Positions 57,941-64,000 of a stretch of 64,000 nt of DNA are shown here, piece by piece; positions within the stretch are counted from its first letter, which is position 1; the number at the start of each line of letters is the position of its first letter. The notes beneath the pieces are model-generated. The model searched no databases. It was not told the DNA's origin and was given only the letters and a program-made list of their open reading frames with translations. Source of the DNA: Dehalococcoidia bacterium (lineage in GTDB: Bacteria; Chloroflexota; Dehalococcoidia; Lucifugimonadales; UBA2962); NCBI GenBank assembly GCA_965116605.1, contig OZ220697.1, positions 1,233,427 to 1,297,426 of the forward strand, read 5' to 3'. The translations under genes and the position numbers were made by a program.

Positions 57941-58145
57941 GCTTGACCCCTCCTCGTTGGTGTCTAGCAATCAGACTAGCGATGATCTCATACTGAGTCA
58001 ATTGGTTTTATCAATTCTTTTCTGGAATTCTGTAAACCTATTCTGGCCGGTTTTCACGACCAGCCGAATCGGGGCGGTCGCGCCCAGGATAGCGCCACGG
58101 TTATCAAGTTCAGCTCCGATTGAGGTGCGGTCGTCTCGAATTAAC

Positions 58146-58172
58146 TATAATGACACGCTAAACTAGCGTGTC
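58146..58172 (+). promoter_or_regulatory. TATAAT box abutting a perfect 9-bp inverted repeat (candidate operator)
   Basis: TATAAT at 58146-58151 is followed directly by GACACGCTA-AAC-TAGCGTGTC (58152-58172). This lies in the lower-GC divergent region between the HTH gene and the 58313 gene. No good -35 was seen. Confidence 0.35.
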
Positions 58173-58312
58173 TGCAACAGTTGGCAGCGCAGCCGGGTTC
58201 ATTTGCCCTGCCCATTTCCTATCGCATTGTCGTCTCGTCGGCCAGTCTATAGACGTACGCAGGAATGCCCGTGCCATCTCAAAAACCCTTACACTTTTGC
58301 AATAATGGACCG

Positions 58313-58807
58313 ATGCCGGTCCTACAGCGGATTCGCCGCAACCACGCTCTTGAACACGCGACACTGGCAGTGCTCGCCAGCAGCGGAGTCAAGGGTCTGC
58401 TAGCGGGCTATTCGACGAATGGCGGATTTTGGTTACTGGCGCCCGCGTCCGCCTCGACTGTCGAGGCCGCAGCCAATACAGCACTTGAACGTCTCTCTTC
58501 GGGAGAGAGCCATCTGGCCATTTCGGCTAGCTGCGGTACTAACCTCGCAGTCGCCTCCCTTCTTGCCAGCGCCGTGATCCGTTTGGCCAAGGGTAGACGC
58601 GGTGATGGAGGCGCTGGTTGGCCACTTAAGGCGGTCCTGATAGTTGGAGCGTTGGCATTGGCCAGACCACTGGGTACCGCCATCCAACGCAAGCTCACGA
58701 CGCTTTCTCTTGTGGAAGGAATGAGAGTGTCCGGGGTCAAGACCCTCCGGATCGGCCAGTTCCACTTGCACCGCATCTTCACCGAGCAGCGTCTCGACGC
58801 ACTTTGA
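58313..58807 (+). CDS. conserved hypothetical protein with RRNHALEHAT N-terminal motif
   Basis: The ATG at 58313 (MPVLQRIRRNHALEHATLAVL) lies within track ORF 58265-58807. Has two hydrophobic stretches. The motif reminds me of a DUF family from Cyanobacteria/Chloroflexi, but I cannot name it with confidence. Confidence 0.6.
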   Translation: MPVLQRIRRNHALEHATLAVLASSGVKGLLAGYSTNGGFWLLAPASASTVEAAANTALERLSSGESHLAISASCGTNLAVASLLASAVIRLAKGRRGDGGAGWPLKAVLIVGALALARPLGTAIQRKLTTLSLVEGMRVSGVKTLRIGQFHLHRIFTEQRLDAL

Positions 58808-58941
58808 GTTGAGGAGGAATGGTGCTGGCGGGCGTGGTTTGATGAGGGGTACGCACGAGTTGGCATGGCTCAGCTGATGATTGAGCCATCTGGAGCTACT
58901 GCCTTTCGCCCGACGGATTGCTAGACTGAATCAATCCATGT

Positions 58942-59018
58942 GCCCCTGTAGCTCAGATGGATAGAGCGGCTGCCTTCTAAGCAGCGGGTCGCGGGTTCGA
59001 GTCCTGCCAGGGGTACCA
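58942..59018 (+). tRNA. tRNA-Arg (TCT), CCA encoded
   Basis: Hand-folded. Acceptor GCCCCTG/CAGGGGT (G1-U72), D arm TAGCTCAGATGGATAGAGC, anticodon stem GCTGC/GCAGC with loop CTTCTAA (anticodon TCT), T-loop TTCGAGT, discriminator A, and CCA. Confidence 0.9.
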
Positions 59019-59192
59019 GTCATTAGACGGCTAGGTGGCTACCCTACCCTATCGGCAAGGAACTCTTGTCAACATTTAGTCAACTAGAATGGCCCCGTGC
59101 ATGGACAACTCTGAGATCATTCAGCCACGCAATGTGAGGATCAGTATTCGGGGGGCAGGTCAACCTGCGATCGCCCCATTTTCTGTACCAAG

Positions 59193-60249
59193 TGGAATGT
59201 TAGTTTTGCGACTTATCTAGTAACCGCCGGTGTCTTCGAGGCGATGGTCTGCGAGGTTTCCCAGGGCTCCGTGGAGACGCTCACCGTTGTACTAGCTACG
59301 CTAACCTTCTATCTTCTCCTTGGCGTCGTCCAACGACAGGAACCAGTTCTCGTTCACACATTCCGCACGAAGCCTGCCGTTGATGTCCTCGACGATCGCG
59401 TTGTCAGTGGGCTTGCCCGGCCGGCTGAAGCCCAGTTCCACACCGTTCAGGTATGGCCAATTTATCCACCAATGGACGTCCTCCGAGGCTTCCGTCCACC
59501 ACGATCGCCAGACTCTTTCGGCTGAAGTGATCCAATATCGTTAGGTTCCGGATCCGCCTGCCGTCGAACAGCTTGTCGGTCATGAAATCCATGGCCCACC
59601 TCTCGTCGGATCTCGATGCCTCGACCCTGCTCTCCCTCCTCTGACCGGATACGTGGCGCCTGGGACGCTTCGGCCGTATCCGCAGCCCCTCCCGGTAGAC
59701 CCTCTTGCGCTTCACCTTCCATCCTTCCCTCCTCAGCAGCACGTGGGTGCGCCGGTATCCATAGCTCACCCGCGATGCCGCAAGATCCCTGATCCTCATC
59801 CTCAGGGCAGCCTGCTCAGCGGCCACACTCTCGTACCTGCAGGTCGAGCGTCCAAACGTCAGCACCCGGCACGCCCGGCGCTCGCTCGAACCCTAGACCA
59901 CCTGCAGATACTCGGCGTGGTCTCTCATCTGAGCAGGCCCTGGGGCTTTTTTCTCAGCATGTCCTGGAGCATCTGCTTGTCCAAGCTCAGGTCAGACACC
60001 AGTTGCTTGAGCTTGCGGTTCTCCCCTCCAGGACCTTCAGACATCTCACCTCCGCTACCCCCATGCCTCATACCTCTTCTTCAATCGGCACAAGGTCTGC
60101 TCGGCGATCCCCATCTTCCTGCACACCTCCACCACCGGCAGGCTGAGAGCGGCCTGCCGCAACGCGAAGGCTATCTGCTCCGGTGTATACCGGAATCTCT
60201 CCGTCCGCCAATCCTCCTGTCCTTTCGCTTCCCGCAAAACTAACATTCA
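59193..60249 (-). mobile_element. IS3-family insertion sequence, internally decayed, terminal inverted repeats intact
   Basis: IRs are TGGAATGTTAGTTTTGCG (59193-59210) and the reverse complement of CGCAAAACTAACATTCA (60233-60249). Between them lie an OrfA-type HTH (FRYTPEQIAFALRQA...VEVCRKMGIAEQTLCRLKKRY), a leucine-zipper stretch (ENRKLKQLVSDLSLDKQMLQDML) and OrfB/rve remnants. Confidence 0.8.
59217..60246 (-). pseudogene. IS3 transposase OrfA/OrfB remnants (frame breaks, in-frame stops, internal deletion)
   Basis: My reverse-strand read of 59217-59470 gives WPYLNGVELGFSRPGKPTDNAIVEDINGRLRAECVNENWFLSLDDAKEKIEG*RS*YNGERLHGALG. The in-frame TAG codons are at 59294-59292 and 59303-59301. Upstream pieces sit in other frames. 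The span between the IRs is only 1057 bp. Confidence 0.8.
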
Positions 60250-60382
60250 GACTGGATCAGAATTCGGGGAGAAGAACACACCGGACCCCACAGGATCGTT
60301 TCCGGTGCTGGTGGGACTAAGATAGTGACTGGTACAAGTAATGGGGGCAGGTCAAATGCCCACCAAAACTGGAGGGACACGA

Positions 60383-60622
60383 ATGTCCAACGTAGTAGAG
60401 CGACTCATCCGGGTAACCGCCAGGGAGCTAAGGGTCCCGGAATCGTCAATAACACCTGCATCGACTTTCGTGGAAGATCTTGGCGCTGACTCCCTGGCGT
60501 TGACCCGACTGGCAATGGCCCTAGAATCTGAGTTCGGTTGCACCATCCTGGACAGCGAAGCCGCCATAGTCACTACGGTTGACGGAATGGTTAAGTACAT
60601 TGAAGGACGCCTGGCCGCATAA
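60383..60622 (+). CDS. acyl/peptidyl carrier protein
   Basis: The ATG at 60383 follows GGAGGG. The phosphopantetheine site is FVEDLGADSLALTRL. 79 aa. Confidence 0.85.
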   Translation: MSNVVERLIRVTARELRVPESSITPASTFVEDLGADSLALTRLAMALESEFGCTILDSEAAIVTTVDGMVKYIEGRLAA

Positions 60623-61516
60623 ATGACTCGGGTTTGGAGCGTGCCGGAACCGTCGGAGGTGCTGGCGGTCCAACTCACGAACGGGGCAACGGCGCAGGTG
60701 CGGCGACACGGCAACCCCGATGGTCCGCGGGTTGTCCTCAGCCACGGTTGCGGCTTGGCCGCAGACACGTACCTGCCATACTGGTCGCTGTTGAAGGACT
60801 GTGTTGACCTGCTGGTCTTCGATTTTCGCTCCCATGGATGGAATCCGGCAGGGGATCCCGCATCGCTCAATTTTCCGACGTTCGTTGACGACTACGACGC
60901 CATCATCCGGTCCATCGGAAACCGGTTCGGAGAGAGGCCGGCGGTGGGGGTCTTCCACTCTGCATCGGCACTGACGGCCCTCTTGTTTGAACAGGAGCGA
61001 GGCGGGTTTGCAGGCTTGGTGCTGTTCGACCCGCCAATCCAGCCGCCGGGAAAGAACCCCGATGACCTGGTGTATGTATCAGAGCACATGAGTCGAAGTG
61101 TGCCCCGCCGCCGAGACCGGTTCGACTCTCACGGTGACTACATCGAGCACATGGACGCGGACCCAACCTTCCAGCGGTTACCCCCTGGGTTGTCGGCCCT
61201 CATGGCGGAAACCCTCTTGCGTCCCGATGGCGATGGGTATGCGCTCCGGTGTCCGAGAGAGCACGAGGCGCGAATTTATGAGTTCTTCTACGGCTGGTCA
61301 ATGCAGATAGACACCAGGCGGGTCGAGTGTCCAATCAAGGTCGTCGGTTCGGATCCGACAACGTCGTTTACGTTCATGCCTAGCATGGACTTCGACGAGT
61401 TGGGTCGCATGAACTACGAATTCTTGCCGGACGCCACGCACCTGCTCCAGTTGGAAGAACCGGAACGTTGCGCAGAAATCACCATTCAATTCTTGAACGA
61501 AATCGGGCATCTCTAA
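60623..61516 (+). CDS. alpha/beta-fold hydrolase
   Basis: Its ATG immediately follows the ACP stop (TAAATG). VVLSHGCG oxyanion region, nucleophile elbow VFHSASA, and a C-terminal DATHLLQLEEPE His block. Confidence 0.85.
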   Translation: MTRVWSVPEPSEVLAVQLTNGATAQVRRHGNPDGPRVVLSHGCGLAADTYLPYWSLLKDCVDLLVFDFRSHGWNPAGDPASLNFPTFVDDYDAIIRSIGNRFGERPAVGVFHSASALTALLFEQERGGFAGLVLFDPPIQPPGKNPDDLVYVSEHMSRSVPRRRDRFDSHGDYIEHMDADPTFQRLPPGLSALMAETLLRPDGDGYALRCPREHEARIYEFFYGWSMQIDTRRVECPIKVVGSDPTTSFTFMPSMDFDELGRMNYEFLPDATHLLQLEEPERCAEITIQFLNEIGHL

Positions 61517-61914
61517 GAGGGTGTCCAAAATGCATTCGTCAGAAAATAGCCCGGCCAGCCCCACATCGACTTACCGGCGAAAGCCGGTATCCGTGGTGGG
61601 GCGCAGAGGTGGGCACGCTCGACATCCACAACTCCCTACAGCCAGGCCCCATTTTCATGAGCGGTGGTTGTGGTGACAACCGCCATGGGGGATTGGTATG
61701 CGCTGGCCCGCGCAGATTCCTCCAGACACGCTCTCAGACAACCTCTAGAAGGGGCGTTGGGATGTAGGCGACCGAGGCGGCTGGGCGGGGCAACCGACGC
61801 GACGCCATTTCCTGGTGGGTCGGGGACTTGTAGGACACCCTTTAACTGCCACTCTCAAGATGGGGACTCTTCTCTTGCAGGCTCCTGGGAAATAGCGTCA
61901 GGAGAAAGGCCGCA

Positions 61915-63213
61915 ATGGAATCCGTAATCTGGGACCCAGTCGAGACAATCTCGCAGGATGAAATGGCCTCGTTGCAAGCTGAACGGCTGCGTGATTGCCT
62001 GGCCCGCATCACCGCGCGCGTGCCTTTCTACCGTGAAGAGTTGGTGTCGATGGACGTGGAGCCGGAGGACGTGCGCTCCTTGGACCACCTGGCGATGCTG
62101 CCATTCACCACTAAGCAGGACCTGAGGGACAACTATCCCTACGGGCTTTTCGCCGTGCCCATGGATCAAGTGGTACGCCTGCATGCTTCCAGCGGGTCGA
62201 CGGGCAAGATGACAGTTGTCGGATATACCGCTAACGACATTGCCATGTGGTCCGACCTGGCGGCGCGTTCGCTCAGCATCGGGGGAGTTGAGCGTAGGGA
62301 CATCATCCACGTCGCCTACGGCTACGGGTTGTTCACCGGCGGGCTGGGGCTGCACTACGGTGGCGAGCGGCTGGGCGCGACGGTAGTGCCGGCGTCGACG
62401 GCCAACATGCGCCAGCAGATTGAATTGGCGCAAGACTTCGGCGCAACGGTGTTGTGCTGCACGCCATCGTATTCGCTGTTCCTGGGGGAGCAGGCAGCAG
62501 AGATAGGAGCAGACCTGGGTACCCTGAGGCTGGGCGTCTTCGGAGCGGAACCATGGTCGGAGGGGATGCGGAACAGGATTGAGACGCGATTCGGCATTAC
62601 GGCGCTCGACATATATGGGTTGTCCGAGGTGATAGGGCCGGCAGTGGCAATGGAGTGCCAGTATAAGCAGGGGCTCCACTTGGCCGAGGACCACTTCATA
62701 CCGGAAGTCGTTGACCCGTCGACCGGAGAGCCTCTTCCCGATGGGGAAATCGGGGAGTTGGTCTTTACTTGCGCCACGAAAGAGGCGTTGCCGCTGCTGC
62801 GCTACCGTACCGGCGACCTGACGCGCCTGTTCCATGGACGATGTCTTTGTGGCCGGACAACCAAGACCATGGACAAGCCCCTGGGACGGACGGACGATAT
62901 GCTGATAATTCGCGGGGTAAACGTGTTTCCCGCTCAGATCGAATCGGAGCTATTGCAGACGGACGGCTTGGAACCCCACTACGAATTGCTACTGGAACGA
63001 GGCCCGTCTCATATGGATGATCTGACTGTACGGGTTGAGGCGTCGGAGAAGCTGTACAGGAACCGTGACGGCGCGGCCGCCGTGGGGAGGAAGTTGGCCG
63101 CGACGTTGCAGAGCAGGCTGGGAGTCGGCTGTCGCGTCAATGTTCTGGCGCCGAAGCAATTGCCGCGGAGCGCGGGCAAAGCCGTTCGCGTCATTGACAA
63201 CAGGCGAATCTAG
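61915..63213 (+). CDS. phenylacetate-CoA ligase (PaaK)/coenzyme F390 synthetase-like adenylate-forming enzyme
   Basis: 432 aa. FTTKQDLRDNYPYGLFAVP, HASSGSTGKMTVVGYT, YGLSE, YRTGD and IIRGVNVFP blocks. Confidence 0.9.
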   Translation: MESVIWDPVETISQDEMASLQAERLRDCLARITARVPFYREELVSMDVEPEDVRSLDHLAMLPFTTKQDLRDNYPYGLFAVPMDQVVRLHASSGSTGKMTVVGYTANDIAMWSDLAARSLSIGGVERRDIIHVAYGYGLFTGGLGLHYGGERLGATVVPASTANMRQQIELAQDFGATVLCCTPSYSLFLGEQAAEIGADLGTLRLGVFGAEPWSEGMRNRIETRFGITALDIYGLSEVIGPAVAMECQYKQGLHLAEDHFIPEVVDPSTGEPLPDGEIGELVFTCATKEALPLLRYRTGDLTRLFHGRCLCGRTTKTMDKPLGRTDDMLIIRGVNVFPAQIESELLQTDGLEPHYELLLERGPSHMDDLTVRVEASEKLYRNRDGAAAVGRKLAATLQSRLGVGCRVNVLAPKQLPRSAGKAVRVIDNRRI

Positions 63214-63344
63214 CTACGTAGCCGAGGAATTGACCTGCCCCTGACGTGCGTACCGCTCGTTAGGCATGTTCGATAGGCGCCCGATGACTACGCGGGTTTT
63301 CCCCAGACGGGGCGCCTTGGCAATCACAGTTTGAAAGCCGGCAG

Positions 63345-63596
63345 TTGGCGGCAATGCACAGGAAACTCACGATGGGCTTCATCATTCTTACTGGGACATG
63401 CCTCCCATTCGTGCCCGGCGCAATACTCTGGGTATCGGACGGCAGCCCAACGTCCTGGTCGCCCGCCGGGCCAGAAGAACCCTGGTTCTGGCTCACCATC
63501 CTGTTCGTGATGCCCGGAGTCCTGCTCGCGAGTTGGACCACTAGACTGTTCGTCCCCACCGGCCATGAAGCTCAGCCGACTGTGAATGTAGCTTAA
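63345..63596 (+). CDS. possible small membrane protein or gene fragment (doubtful)
   Basis: 83-aa ORF with two hydrophobic stretches (GFIILTGTCLPFVPGAILWV, WFWLTILFVMPGVLLASW). No RBS or motif that I can vouch for. Confidence 0.25.
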   Translation: MAAMHRKLTMGFIILTGTCLPFVPGAILWVSDGSPTSWSPAGPEEPWFWLTILFVMPGVLLASWTTRLFVPTGHEAQPTVNVA

Positions 63597-63660
63597 GACC
63601 TCAGCGTGCCTCGCAGATCCGCTCTGCTAGACTGTTGGACCCAAATTGGCGTGCCGTGCC

Positions 63661-64000
63661 ATGCCAGAGCCTACTCTTCGAATATCAATTGCCATGGGAG
63701 CCCGTGCCATAGCTGTACCTGATCAACCCGCCAAGCTCTCGCCCTTGCCCGAGGACTGGTCCCGGGGCCTTGCAATTGCCGCCCACCCCGACGATCTGGA
63801 GTATGGCGCCGCTAGTGCTATCGCGCGCTGGACCTCGCAGGGAAAGAAAATCGGCTACCTGATGATAACCAAAGGCGAGGCAGGCATAGATTCCATGCAT
63901 CCCGAGGAGACCGCAAGGCTCCGGATGCGTGAGGAGATTAGCAGCGCACGTGTTGTTGGCGTTGAGTCTGTGGAGTTTCTCGATTACAGGGACGGAGTCG
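63661..64000 (+). CDS. PIG-L/LmbE-family deacetylase (5' part; runs off the window)
   Basis: Not in the ORF track because there is no stop in the window. My read from the ATG at 63661 gives MPEPTLRISIAMGARAIAVPDQPAKLSPLPEDWSRGLAIAAHPDDLEYGAASAIARWTSQGKKIGYLMITKGEAG. AHPDDxE plus T.GE.G is the PIG-L signature. Confidence 0.8.
   Translation, partial: MPEPTLRISIAMGARAIAVPDQPAKLSPLPEDWSRGLAIAAHPDDLEYGAASAIARWTSQGKKIGYLMITKGEAGIDSMHPEETARLRMREEISSARVVGVESVEFLDYRDGV

Noticed and set aside
57652-58941. Search for a tmRNA (ssrA) gene next to smpB
   Set aside because: I found no tRNA-Ala-like acceptor/T-arm pair or tag-peptide reading frame here or elsewhere in the window. The only tRNA-like element is the genuine tRNA-Arg(TCT). 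ssrA is probably elsewhere in the genome.
61855-62835. 326-aa ORF on the minus strand
   Set aside because: It is entirely antisense to the PaaK-like ligase, which has clear family motifs. It is Arg/Pro/Gly-rich, as is typical of shadow ORFs in high-GC DNA.
1-64000. CRISPR arrays, rRNA genes, prophage structural genes, toxin-antitoxin pairs
   Set aside because: I scanned for regularly spaced direct repeats, rRNA-like conserved stretches, and typical capsid, terminase or TA small-gene pairs. None was seen.

Overview
High-GC (about 60% by eye) bacterial chromosomal segment, densely coding on both strands. I call about 60 protein genes, 3 tRNAs and one decayed IS3-family element. I saw no rRNA, CRISPR array or tmRNA. 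The lineage cannot be fixed without a search; the gene content (EthD, many MDR and 2-hydroxyacid dehydrogenases, paralogous class-III transaminases, archaeal-type apgM, hisZ, DUF3105) would fit a Chloroflexota- or Actinomycetota-like organism, but this is a weak inference.

Core content:
- 1-10.7 kb: catabolic neighbourhood with GGT, M19 dipeptidase, two Zn-ADHs, EthD, plsY, two D-2-hydroxyacid dehydrogenases and two translationally coupled class-III aminotransferases.
- 10.7-26 kb: NfeD/SPFH pair, uvrC, xerC/D, lgt, recJ, fabF, an mtaB-like methylthiotransferase, pepA, tRNA-His and tRNA-Arg.
- 32-38 kb: histidine operon (hisZ-hisG-x-hisD-hisC-hisB).
- 38-45 kb: purine and GMP genes (purS, purC, purB, purD, guaA).
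- 45-54 kb: tsaC, pgk-apgM-tpiA and miaA-dapF-dapL-hflX.
- 55.8-57.7 kb: S41 peptidase and smpB.

Spots worth a second look:
1. An orphan two-domain gene at 54343-55416 with a TIR-like-looking C-terminal module, next to a lower-GC spacer.
2. A tRNA-Arg(TCT) locus at 58.9 kb, followed by a degenerate IS3 with intact inverted repeats and an ACP / alpha-beta hydrolase / PaaK-like ligase / PIG-L deacetylase cassette. The cassette contains a 398-bp hairpin-rich gap.
3. A PadR / HAAS-like membrane protein / DegV operon.
4. hisZ co-occurring with a long-form hisG, with a non-his gene wedged into the operon.
5. Two enzyme-fold proteins whose catalytic motifs are visibly degenerate (an MBL fold and a polyprenyl synthase fold).

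All family assignments come from motif recognition in the supplied translations. No database search was run.
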